Source of the DNA: Candidatus Jordarchaeia archaeon
Lineage (GTDB): Archaea; Asgardarchaeota; Jordiarchaeia; Jordiarchaeales; Jordiarchaeaceae
Reading direction: 5' to 3'
Length of the DNA stretch: 19,914 nt
Assembly (NCBI GenBank): GCA_029856435.1
Contig: JAHQXB010000060.1
Location: 1-19,914 of the forward strand
The position numbers were made by a program, and so were the translations under genes. Shown one piece after another: positions 1 through 8,492 of the stretch (the stretch's first letter is position 1; every line of letters starts with the position of its first letter). The notes under the pieces are model-generated. The model did no database searches, was not told where the DNA came from, and saw only the letters and a program-made list of their open reading frames with translations.

Positions 1-2
1 GG

Positions 3-113
3 GACGAAAAAATTCTACAGGAGACAATAAGCGTAATTGAGAATGGTATTGTTAAAGCGGGGGAGAAACTTAGCGAAGAGGAGAAAAAATTCTTCCCTGT
101 TGAGGAGGCGTGA
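3..113 (+). CDS. 3' end of a hypothetical protein running in from the left edge
   Basis: Open frame DEKILQETISVIENGIVKAGEKLSEEEKKFFPVEEA* ending at TGA 111-113, overlapping the next start (GTGA), typical of translational coupling. Confidence 0.6.
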   Translation, partial: DEKILQETISVIENGIVKAGEKLSEEEKKFFPVEEA

Positions 114-349
114 GAATGAGCTACCTTGAAAATATCAAAAAATTGCAGCGCTTCGAGATTTTTATGGAGCGAGATATTAACAGCTCCAAGGATAAGCTTT
201 TTTTGTGGCTTATTTTTAAGCCCCAACAGTTTGAGGAGTACTTTGCTAAGTATGTAAACTTAACAAGAATTTACGCTGAAAAATTGAACGAGTTAGCATA
301 CGAAATTAGAAAAGCAAAAAAAGTAATGGAGGTTGAAAAAAGTGAGTGA
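110..349 (+). CDS. hypothetical protein (79 aa)
   Basis: ORF overlaps both neighbours; GAGGAGG lies just upstream of GTG110/ATG116. No recognisable family motif. Confidence 0.6.
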   Translation: MRMSYLENIKKLQRFEIFMERDINSSKDKLFLWLIFKPQQFEEYFAKYVNLTRIYAEKLNELAYEIRKAKKVMEVEKSE

Positions 350-698
350 GTATTTCCCCGGTCAACCGAGTTGGCAAGAATATGAGCAGAAAAAACGTGA
401 AAAAGAGAGAATCGAAACAATAAGGCAACTCAGTGATAGAGCATGGAGTTTCGCTAAAAATTCAATCCTTGTTAATGCTTTGCTAAATGTGGCAAAACGC
501 TGGGGCGAAAAAGGATTCTTTGGGATGACCAGAGAGGAGTACTACGATTTAATCGAGGAATATCACAAAGAGCATCCACCTTACACTTATCCAGCGATGA
601 GTGAGGAGGAGTACCAGGAGCTAATAGAACGATATAAAGAAGAGCGAATGGAATATGCAAAGACAGTACCACCAGAAAAAAGGATTGCGATGTTCTAG
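342..698 (+). CDS. hypothetical helical protein with an internal duplicated motif
   Basis: ORF track gives 333-698; GGAGGT at 328-333 sits 8 nt before in-frame GTG342, the likelier start. Contains GMTREEYYDLIEEYHKE and AMSEEEYQELIERYKEE. Confidence 0.65.
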   Translation: MSEYFPGQPSWQEYEQKKREKERIETIRQLSDRAWSFAKNSILVNALLNVAKRWGEKGFFGMTREEYYDLIEEYHKEHPPYTYPAMSEEEYQELIERYKEERMEYAKTVPPEKRIAMF

Positions 699-714
699 GT
701 ATGCAGATAAAAAT

Positions 715-882
715 ATGAAGAAACAGTGGGTTCAATACTGGAGGTTTAGGACTTTGCAAAACATTCGCAAATTGAGGCTGAAGGGCTTTTTTAATTGCAG
801 TTATCCCAGAGGCAAACTTAAGAATCCAGCAGAGTGGCAAACACTGGCACAAAGTACAGAGAAGCTCCTGAGGATGATTTAG
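715..882 (+). CDS. possible small basic hypothetical protein (55 aa)
   Basis: ATG715 lies 16 nt after the previous stop, in the frame of ORF 655-882, and ends just before a T-tract. No motif; may be spurious. Confidence 0.3.
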   Translation: MKKQWVQYWRFRTLQNIRKLRLKGFFNCSYPRGKLKNPAEWQTLAQSTEKLLRMI

Positions 883-951
883 TTTTTTTGATTTTTTTTG
901 TTTTTTTTAAAAATTTTTTGAAAACAAAAAAACAAAAATTTGCAAAAAAAA
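883..951. terminator. probable bidirectional archaeal T-tract terminator
   Basis: Runs of T7-T8 followed by runs of A lie between convergent ORFs (+ ending 882, - ending 1002), giving oligo-U on both transcripts. Confidence 0.5.
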
Positions 952-1001
952 GTATTAAACCATACCTCAGCATACTAATTTAATTATTTGTTGGCTAAAT
1001 A

Positions 1002-1259
1002 TTATATCCTTTTAACTAACCTTTTTCCTTCTTCTGTTATACATATCCAATTTGTTTCTGAGCGACTAACCAGTCCTCTCTTTACCAAGCTATCAATTGT
1101 TTCATCAGGAGTCATTTTAGCCTTACCACTAATCCAAATCTTGTAAACTTTTTGTAGTCTCCCGGTGATGGTTTTCTGACGCTCACCTATAGAAAATTGA
1201 GCAATCAGAGATAAGGCTTGCTTTTCCTCTTCAGTAAGATCAATAACCTGATCAGACAT
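1002..1259 (-). CDS. small winged helix-turn-helix protein
   Basis: C-terminal IDSLVKRGLVSRSETNWICITEEGKRLV matches the recognition-helix/wing/ITxxG pattern of archaeal wHTH proteins. Confidence 0.65.
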   Translation of the reverse strand: MSDQVIDLTEEEKQALSLIAQFSIGERQKTITGRLQKVYKIWISGKAKMTPDETIDSLVKRGLVSRSETNWICITEEGKRLVKRI

Positions 1260-1370
1260 TGCTTCTCACTTGAAACGCATATTCTTTATCCTAACTTTAA
1301 AATAGGAGTACAAGCCTAAATCTCTTTCTACAAGTGCAACCATAAAATAGGAAAAGTAGCCCCAAAAGGT

Positions 1371-2036
1371 TTAAAACTGCCCCAAATTAGTTTTAGCCCA
1401 TTTTATTCCTACATCTAGTGCTTTTAAATTCTCTTCCACATCCCGCATTTCTTCTTCTATAGTTTGCTTCAAAGAATCGTAACTAATAGGGAGAACGCCC
1501 AACGCCAGTGCCACACCTAGGAGCACCAAGTTAGCCTTCTGAGCATCTCCAACTTCCTCTTCAGCCATCTTAGTAGCGTTAAGAGAAATCACCTTGTCGG
1601 AAAATTGTCTCAAACAAGAAAGAATATCCTCCAACTTGGGGTAAGTTGCCATCTCAGCCCAAACCGTCACTGGGGGAATTGTATGCTCATTGACGATAAA
1701 AATGGTTTTTGAGGAGGCAAACTTTGCATTTCTTAGAGCTTCGGAAGGCTCCAAACCTATCAAAACATCCGCATCGCCATAACAAACCGTAGGGGATAAA
1801 AGTGAGTCTCTCTCATCGATAACCTCGCCTGGCTCTTTAATCAAAAACCTACAACAACAATCGATGGCCCCCTCCCTCTGACTAAGACCCAACTTTTCAG
1901 AACCTAATATTACGTCAACCCCTTCTCTAAAGGCTGCAAATTCTATTATTCTACGTAGAGTGATAACGCCTTGCCCACCGGCTCCAGCAATTACAACATT
2001 AACTTTCCTCAGAGAGACCACCTTGAATATATACAA
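1371..2036 (-). CDS. iorB: indolepyruvate:ferredoxin oxidoreductase beta subunit family (2-oxoacid oxidoreductase gamma-type domain)
   Basis: NVVIAGAGGQGV, GLSQREG (cf. GMAQRGG), DADVLIGLEPSEALR, IVNEHTIPP, ANLVLLG, NLKALDVG. True start is probably CTG at 2012 (AAGGTGG 5 nt upstream). Confidence 0.85.
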   Translation of the reverse strand: MYIFKVVSLRKVNVVIAGAGGQGVITLRRIIEFAAFREGVDVILGSEKLGLSQREGAIDCCCRFLIKEPGEVIDERDSLLSPTVCYGDADVLIGLEPSEALRNAKFASSKTIFIVNEHTIPPVTVWAEMATYPKLEDILSCLRQFSDKVISLNATKMAEEEVGDAQKANLVLLGVALALGVLPISYDSLKQTIEEEMRDVEENLKALDVGIKWAKTNLGQF

Positions 2037-2108
2037 ATATTTTCAGCGAATTTTGGACTGTGTATTCAAATATGGAGGTGGTAATTATGTATTTCGTTGC
2101 CAAGAAAC

Positions 2109-2116
2109 TTTAAATA
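2109..2116 (+). promoter_or_regulatory. TATA box with purine-rich BRE for the m5C methyltransferase gene (probably leaderless mRNA)
   Basis: AAGAAAC-TTTAAATA ends 25 nt before ATG2142, which has no SD. Confidence 0.45.
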
Positions 2117-2141
2117 ATTTTAGTTAGGTATGGTCATTTAA

Positions 2142-3146
2142 ATGTCATCCGAAAAATTTTCCTGCACACAAAGAAGGACATTGTTCTCCACTCAGAATGA
2201 CTCAAACAAATTGGATCAGTTGAGGGAAATAAACCCTGAATTTTTTGAGTGGTATGGGAAAATTGATGGTTCAAAAAAGTTTTGGGAGTACATGTTGAAG
2301 CCACTAAGGCAAAGTGTAAGGGTAAATGTTCTTAAAGTGAGTGTTGAAAGTGTTTTAGAAAATTTAAGCAGGGATTTTGATGTTGAGCCTGTGCCCTGGT
2401 GCCATGAGGGATACTTTGTTTATCCCAAGGCTGGTTCGGATGAACTGATTATTAGTAACACTATGGAGTTCCATCTTGGCCTCATATTTGTTCAAGAAGC
2501 GGCTTCTATGATTCCCCCCGTGGCGCTCGAGGTAAAACCAGGCCAATTTGTGCTTGATATGACGGCGGCTCCTGGAAGTAAAACAACCCATATAGCAATG
2601 TATATGAAAAACAGGGGCTGCTTGATTGCCAATGACATAAAGAAAAACAGATTGAACATTCTCATATTGAACATTCAAAGATGCGGAATTTTGAATGCAT
2701 ATGTTACGATGAAGGATGGAAGATACTTCAATAGATTCGAAAACATGTTTGACCGAGTACTCCTTGATACTCCCTGTTCAAATGTGGGGATGATAAGAAA
2801 AAATTTCAAGTATCTAAAATTTTGGAGCAGAAACAAAGTTGAATCACTATCACAACTCCAGAAGGAAATGATTTCGGCAGGTTATAAGGCTTTGAAACCC
2901 GGGGGGATTCTAGTCTACTCCACCTGCACGCTTGAGCCTGCAGAAAACGAGGAAGTGATTGATTACCTCATATCAAAAACAAATGCCAAAATTGAGGAAA
3001 TAAATTTGCCGATTAAAAAAAGAAGAGCCTTCACAAGTTTTGAGGGAAAAAAGTTCGACAGTCAAGTCCAAAAGTGTCTTAGAGTACATCCTCAGGATAA
3101 CGACACCGAAGGTTTTTTCGTAGCTAAAGTGGTTAAGGAGGTTTAA
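2142..3146 (+). CDS. NOL1/NOP2/Sun (RsmB/RsmF-like) RNA cytosine-C5 methyltransferase
   Basis: VQEAASMIPP, VLDMTAAPGSKTT (SAM binding), LLDTPCS (motif IV), YSTCTLEPAENE (motif VI catalytic Cys), GFFVAK. Confidence 0.92.
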   Translation: MSSEKFSCTQRRTLFSTQNDSNKLDQLREINPEFFEWYGKIDGSKKFWEYMLKPLRQSVRVNVLKVSVESVLENLSRDFDVEPVPWCHEGYFVYPKAGSDELIISNTMEFHLGLIFVQEAASMIPPVALEVKPGQFVLDMTAAPGSKTTHIAMYMKNRGCLIANDIKKNRLNILILNIQRCGILNAYVTMKDGRYFNRFENMFDRVLLDTPCSNVGMIRKNFKYLKFWSRNKVESLSQLQKEMISAGYKALKPGGILVYSTCTLEPAENEEVIDYLISKTNAKIEEINLPIKKRRAFTSFEGKKFDSQVQKCLRVHPQDNDTEGFFVAKVVKEV

Positions 3147-3148
3147 AG

Positions 3149-3586
3149 CTGAATAACACAGATATCACACAAAAAGTTTCTAAAATAATAGAGGAACGCT
3201 TCGGCGTTCAACCCCTTTTCAAATTTAAACAGATGGGAAAAAGAAAAATATACGCATACACTGAGTGTACAAACCTAAACCGCCAAACTTTGCACATTAT
3301 GCACTATGGAGTATATTTTGGAAGATTCGAAAAAGACGGATTAAGGTTATCAATTGAAGGCAGCCAACTTATAGGTGAAAAGGCAAAAAGAAATATCGTT
3401 GAAGTAGACTATGAAAACGCAGTTAAATGGATGAGGGGAGAAAACATAAAAGTAGATACGGAAGCCTGCGGCTACGTGATTCTAAAATGGAAAAACTATT
3501 ACCTGGGATGCGCCAAAATCAAGAATGGAACAATCACAAATTTTGTCCCCAAAGACAGAAGAGTAAAAACCCAAAAAATTGCGTAA
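3149..3586 (+). CDS. PUA-like partner of the m5C methyltransferase (RsmF C-terminal/NIP7-like domain)
   Basis: GLRLSIEGSQLIG, KWMRGENI, YLGCAK, NFVPKDRR. The frame is open upstream of ATG3233 through IEERFG back to CTG3149, which lies 6 nt after AAGGAGGT (3135-3142). Confidence 0.8.
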   Translation: MNNTDITQKVSKIIEERFGVQPLFKFKQMGKRKIYAYTECTNLNRQTLHIMHYGVYFGRFEKDGLRLSIEGSQLIGEKAKRNIVEVDYENAVKWMRGENIKVDTEACGYVILKWKNYYLGCAKIKNGTITNFVPKDRRVKTQKIA

Positions 3587-3679
3587 ACAAAATTATACAG
3601 CGAAAAAACATATAAAACTTGTTCGACGCTTCCCGCAAGTAGAGTCGGAACTCTTCTGGCGGCTCGCGGCTTTGCATAT

Positions 3680-4246
3680 TTAAAACTCTTTTTTTAGCAA
3701 GTCTAGAAACTGTTTAAGTATCATAGCTGTGGCGCCCCAGATCTCGTGCTTGTTGTAGTTGTAGAAATAAACGGTAACCTCCTTCCCAAAAAAGTCATGT
3801 TGTTCTGCTCGGAAATTCTTATCGTCAAGCAACACGGATAAGGGAACCTCAATAACCTCCTCCAACTCATGTACTTGAATTTTGTAATTAAGTGGAGGAT
3901 GCTTCAAAAAACCAACAAAGGGAGTGACTATATACCTGCTTGTAAACGTAACAATATCGTCTAGGGTTCCCAAAACCTCTATGTCTTCTCTCTTTATGCC
4001 AATTTCTTCAAAAGTTTCTCTAAAAGCAGTGTTTAACAAGGTTCCATCTTTTTCGTCAAAAGCTCCACCCGGAAAGGCTATTTGTCCCTTATGGTGTTGA
4101 ACTTCATTAGTCCTTTTCGTGAAAATAATATAATAGTCGCCGTCTCTTTCGAAGAGAAGGAGAAAAACCGCAGCGTGGTTGAAATTTAGGTCGGACAACT
4201 CCAGTCTTCGACGATTAGATAGTAGATTTTTAATCGTTGATATCAC
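3680..4246 (-). CDS. CoA-pyrophosphatase-type Nudix hydrolase (NudL/PCD1-like)
   Basis: AAVFLLL...IIFTKR...HKGQIAFPGG (CoA-ase motif), Nudix box TAFRETFEEIG, C-terminal IWGATAMIL; GTG start with GGAGG upstream. Confidence 0.88.
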   Translation of the reverse strand: MISTIKNLLSNRRRLELSDLNFNHAAVFLLLFERDGDYYIIFTKRTNEVQHHKGQIAFPGGAFDEKDGTLLNTAFRETFEEIGIKREDIEVLGTLDDIVTFTSRYIVTPFVGFLKHPPLNYKIQVHELEEVIEVPLSVLLDDKNFRAEQHDFFGKEVTVYFYNYNKHEIWGATAMILKQFLDLLKKEF

Positions 4247-4513
4247 TTGGGGATGCCTCCATTCGAGAAAGAACGTGTAGATGAATATTTGAAATGTTTT
4301 TTCTTTTTTACAATGGGCGAGACGCCTACTGGTAACCTAGACAGATATGCATTTCACCAAGTCAACATTTCCGTTTCTGCAAGGCTGTTTAAATATTTGT
4401 TTCCTCCTTGTATATTTGGTTATTTCCTGCATTTTCGCCTGTATAGTACAATTCTCTCAAATAAAAAGTGAATTAGTGAATATAAAAAGTTTCATAAAAA
4501 TACTGAAAGGTTC

Positions 4514-6490
4514 TCAAAACTTTGGAATATGTATTGTAATGCGTGTTCGGGCAATGGCGCAGTGTTTGCAGGCAATTTTGCACACTCCACATTTTGTGCA
4601 TCGACTCTGGTCTATGTACATAGTTTCCTCGCCGTACTCTTCGTCCACCACTTTTCGAATTGCTGGACAACCTAGAACTTTGACGCACTCTAGGCAGAGC
4701 TGGCATCGACCTGGTACAATCCAGAGGAGATCTTCGGTTTTAATTCCTTCAACAGGCTTCTTTTCTCTTTTAAGATATCTCTGGTATGTTAACATGCATT
4801 CGCGCCGAGAAATAACCATTTTGGGCCCTTTCTGCTTTAAAGCTTCTGTCAAAACGTTTATTGTGTGGTTTACATCAAAGGGGTCTACAACGCGTACATA
4901 CTTCACACCTAGTGCTTTGGCGATGTCTTCTATTGGCATTGGTGGCGACTTCTCATTCATACCCCTAATTTGGGAGCCCGGATGTGGTTGATGGCCAGTC
5001 ATTGCAGTCCATCTGTTATCTAGAACTATTAGTAGAACGTTGGCGTCATTGTAAACACTATTTACCAGTGCAGGAATTCCAGTGTGATAAAATGTGGAGT
5101 CACCCATTAGGGCAATCAAATCTTGGTCTACTTTGAAGCTCATACCGTTGGCAACCCCCAGTCCTCCCGCCATACATACAATCCAGTCTGTAACTCCTAT
5201 GGGCGGGAAGAAGCTCATAACATAGCAGCCAATATCCCCGCCGTACACTGCTTGGTCGTTTGTTACCTTTCTTATGGCGTATAATAGGGCACGCTCAGGG
5301 CATCCGGGACAGAATGTGGGTGTTCTTGCAGGGATTATTTTGGATGTTTCTTGATAGTTTTGTAGAATTTTTTGAATGTTTATTTTGGGCTCTTTGCCTA
5401 GAACTTTTGCCAGTCCTAGGGCGACATCCCCTACTGATAGTTCTCCATATGGAGGATAGATTTCTTTCCCAATTATTTCCACAGCCATTTTTTGTTCCTG
5501 CGCTATCTTTTTGATTTGCGTTTCGAGGAAGCTCTCCATTTCTTCCACTACCACTATTTTTTCCAAGTTTTGGTACTGAACGAATCTGGTGAAGAGTTCT
5601 TGTGATACAGGGTATGTGATTCCAAGCTTAAGTACTGGTAAATCCCTTGCTTCCAGAAGGTTTAGAGCTTCTATTGTGTAGCCGTATGGAACTCCGCTGG
5701 TTACTATGCCAGTTTTTGCTGTTCCTGGTAAAATTTTATTTAGCTTGCTGGTGCGGGACTCTTTTTCTATGCTGTTTATTCTATCTATTAGGCGGACTTT
5801 GTTACGGTTAGCATGGGGTGGAAGTGAGCAGTATTTAGGTATGTCCTTTTGGAAGTAGCCTTTTGCCTTCGGTTTTTCAAGTATGGGGCCGTAGGTCACT
5901 TTGCCTCTACTGTGAGCTATTCTAGTTGTTAGACGGTATATTACGGGTATATCGTGTTTGTTTGAGAGACGATATGCTTCTATTATGAAATCCTTTGCTT
6001 CTTGGGGTGTTGAGGGCTCAACTATGGGAGCGTTGAGGAATGGCCCATAGAATCTGTTGTTTTGCTCGTTTTGGCTACCCAGAGCTCCAGGGTCGTCCCC
6101 GCTTACAATTACTAGTCCTCCCTCACCATAGGAGCTGTTAGATCCATTGTAGCATATTGTTACAAGGGAGTCAACAGCCACATTTATACCTACGTGTTTA
6201 CTTACCGCTAGAGCCTTCACGCCAGACCAGCTGGCTCCTGCCGCTCCTTGTACAGCGGCTGCTTCATTCACGCTGAATTGGAAGTAGAGTCCTGGGATTT
6301 TTGGAGCTACCTCATTGAAGATGTTTCCTATTTCGCTTACCGGTGTTCCGGGATACGTTGATACATATCCTACTCCAGCTTCTATAGCGCCCCTGGCTAC
6401 AGCTTCGTTTCCCATCAGTGGGAAGACTTCTCCTTCCCGATCTAGGATTATGCGATGTGAACCCGTTAAGCTTGTTATTCCAACCACCAC
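4514..6490 (-). CDS. iorA: indolepyruvate:ferredoxin oxidoreductase alpha subunit
   Basis: LMGNEAVARGAIEAGV, YPGTPVSEI, NEAAA, KHVGINVA, DDPG..SQNEQ, PTFCPGCP, GDIGC, TPP-binding GDSTFYHTG...LDNRWTAMTGHQPHP, C-terminal 2x[4Fe-4S] ferredoxin. Confidence 0.93.
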   Translation of the reverse strand: MVVGITSLTGSHRIILDREGEVFPLMGNEAVARGAIEAGVGYVSTYPGTPVSEIGNIFNEVAPKIPGLYFQFSVNEAAAVQGAAGASWSGVKALAVSKHVGINVAVDSLVTICYNGSNSSYGEGGLVIVSGDDPGALGSQNEQNNRFYGPFLNAPIVEPSTPQEAKDFIIEAYRLSNKHDIPVIYRLTTRIAHSRGKVTYGPILEKPKAKGYFQKDIPKYCSLPPHANRNKVRLIDRINSIEKESRTSKLNKILPGTAKTGIVTSGVPYGYTIEALNLLEARDLPVLKLGITYPVSQELFTRFVQYQNLEKIVVVEEMESFLETQIKKIAQEQKMAVEIIGKEIYPPYGELSVGDVALGLAKVLGKEPKINIQKILQNYQETSKIIPARTPTFCPGCPERALLYAIRKVTNDQAVYGGDIGCYVMSFFPPIGVTDWIVCMAGGLGVANGMSFKVDQDLIALMGDSTFYHTGIPALVNSVYNDANVLLIVLDNRWTAMTGHQPHPGSQIRGMNEKSPPMPIEDIAKALGVKYVRVVDPFDVNHTINVLTEALKQKGPKMVISRRECMLTYQRYLKREKKPVEGIKTEDLLWIVPGRCQLCLECVKVLGCPAIRKVVDEEYGEETMYIDQSRCTKCGVCKIACKHCAIARTRITIHIPKF

Positions 6491-6632
6491 CGACTATTAA
6501 ACCAAAAACGTCTAGCGCCTAAAATAAATTACGCAATAAACCAAACTTTGAATTGCTCAACTGTTACTGGAATCTAACAGTCAAAAGATTTCCGGATTAT
6601 GAGGTAAAGAATGTAGTGGGTTGTAGTTGTAT

Positions 6633-7889
6633 TTAGAAGGGTTTTTCTATAGTTGCATCAGGGAAAATTGCTACCTTGGGTTTTCCATTGCTCGTATTTT
6701 TTAGTTCTTCCAAAGTTTCTTCCCAAGTTTTGAGCTTAATGGTCTTTTCGGGAGGTGAGATTTCTAGCCAAGGCTGCTTATCTTGGTATTCTGACATAAT
6801 TATTATTTTTCCCGCCCTACCAAGCAGATTTGATGGTGGGATGTACCGCTCTCCCCCAATTCTTTTCATACCCCATCTCCCCACAACGTAGTGTGGTACT
6901 TGCCCGGTAGGAGTATTGTAAACTATAACCAATGTTCCCCCCTCTTTAATAGCAATAACTGGCCAAATAGCTAATGTCGCCTCGCTGGCTTTAGAGTATG
7001 CGTTTGAAATAACTATGTCTGGATTCTGAGGTATCTGCGTGCGGTAGTGGGTCATTGCCTCCTCCACGCCCACCCTCTGAGCTTCCACAACATCTCCTGC
7101 ATAGATGTTTGTGGAGTTTCTCTTGAAGTCCACAAGAACATTAATCACCATGTCCAACCCAGCCATCCTAGCGGTTTCCTCCGCATCCTGCCTCATAATA
7201 TTCTCCGCATTCAACCTCCCATAGGCAAGCTGACAGGTGGGATGCAAATCCCTATAATTTTGAGCCGTAGACCAGCCCCCCAAGTCACCATGATTATAGG
7301 AGATAGTTCTTATGCTGGTAATGCCGGGCAGAATGATTTTAGCGCCCCCGCCGAACCCGTATTGAGGATGGGGTATTATGCTACCAATACCTATCTTAAA
7401 GTCGCAAGCCATGACCTCTGCGTTTACTTCTACTGGATTCCCAAATTTGGTGTGTCCCAAATAGTTAAGGTTGCTGTAAGGGTTATGGTTGAAGACAGGG
7501 TACCTCTCAACAACCTCTTCTCCCAGCTTCTTTGAAAAATCTTCCCTATTAAAGGTTCCATGTGCCCCGTTCGCACAGATGAACCTTATGTGGTCTTCGC
7601 TAATTCCTCCCTTTCTTAATTCCTCGAGAACTAGAGGAACTATTTCATAGACTTTTGTGGGTCGAGTCATATCATCAAAGATTATTACTGCTTCCTCTTT
7701 CCCCTCAACTAGCTTGCTTAAGGGTTTAGTTCCAATTGGATTTCTCAGCGCTGAAACAATCTGCTCCCTTGTCAAAGCTGGTTTTTTCTCTCCACCCATG
7801 CCACATACTGTAACATCCCAATCATTTGGTAGCTCTATCTCTAGGGAAGTATCCCCATACCACGGTTTTTGCGGTAAGTTAACCTTCAT
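6633..7889 (-). CDS. larA: LarA-family nickel-pincer-dependent alpha-hydroxyacid racemase/epimerase (DUF2088)
   Basis: DDMTRP, NGAHG, PHPQYGFGGGAK and YNH carry the Asp/Arg, His, His-Lys and His residues known from LarA. Substrate cannot be assigned. Confidence 0.85.
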   Translation of the reverse strand: MKVNLPQKPWYGDTSLEIELPNDWDVTVCGMGGEKKPALTREQIVSALRNPIGTKPLSKLVEGKEEAVIIFDDMTRPTKVYEIVPLVLEELRKGGISEDHIRFICANGAHGTFNREDFSKKLGEEVVERYPVFNHNPYSNLNYLGHTKFGNPVEVNAEVMACDFKIGIGSIIPHPQYGFGGGAKIILPGITSIRTISYNHGDLGGWSTAQNYRDLHPTCQLAYGRLNAENIMRQDAEETARMAGLDMVINVLVDFKRNSTNIYAGDVVEAQRVGVEEAMTHYRTQIPQNPDIVISNAYSKASEATLAIWPVIAIKEGGTLVIVYNTPTGQVPHYVVGRWGMKRIGGERYIPPSNLLGRAGKIIIMSEYQDKQPWLEISPPEKTIKLKTWEETLEELKNTSNGKPKVAIFPDATIEKPF

Positions 7890-8030
7890 TTTTTTCGCCT
7901 CAAAAATGGGGTTTATCTACCTTAAACCATTCTAACAAGTTTTATTACTTACAGAATTTTTATGAATTAAAATGTTTAAAGGTAAGTAATAACATTTTTT
8001 GGGAGAATTAATATTTGAAAATAAAATTGG

Positions 8031-8492
8031 CTAAGTCTTCTGTTTTTTGACGTCCATTTCAAAGGTAATAAAAACAGGTTCAAAGCCTAGTGGTACAACC
8101 AGTTTTGCTATTCGATCCTTGTCCTTCAAACCGACGTTTATTCGTATTTTGTCCACCCCAATTTTTTGCAAAATTTCGAGTGCTTTATCCGCAAGCATTC
8201 TGCCTATGCCTCTTCCCTGGTACTCAGGGTCTACTATCCAGTTGTACAGGTAACCCACCATTGCCCCTGAAGGTTCGAGTCTTGCCTCAATCATTCCCAT
8301 ACCTACTATTTTATTGTTTTCTTCCGCTACGAGAGTTTGCCTCTGGAGTCCTGGGCTGAATAATCTTAGTCTATCAGAGTCTTTCCACTTTTTAGCGTCA
8401 AATCCCACCCCAATATGGTTACTCAGTTTCTCCATGAGCTTCATCGTTTGATCATTATCTTTACTTATATAGTTTCGAACTATTACCGTCAA
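8031..8492 (-). CDS. GNAT-family N-acetyltransferase
   Basis: LYNWIVDPEYQGRGIGRML (acetyl-CoA motif A); TTG start. Confidence 0.85.
   Translation of the reverse strand: MTVIVRNYISKDNDQTMKLMEKLSNHIGVGFDAKKWKDSDRLRLFSPGLQRQTLVAEENNKIVGMGMIEARLEPSGAMVGYLYNWIVDPEYQGRGIGRMLADKALEILQKIGVDKIRINVGLKDKDRIAKLVVPLGFEPVFITFEMDVKKQKT

Noticed and set aside
3621-3676. GTTCGA suggested a tRNA T-loop; ACA before a T-tract on the minus strand suggested an H/ACA RNA
   Set aside because: No cloverleaf or acceptor stem can be built, and no K-turn or long basal stem is present.
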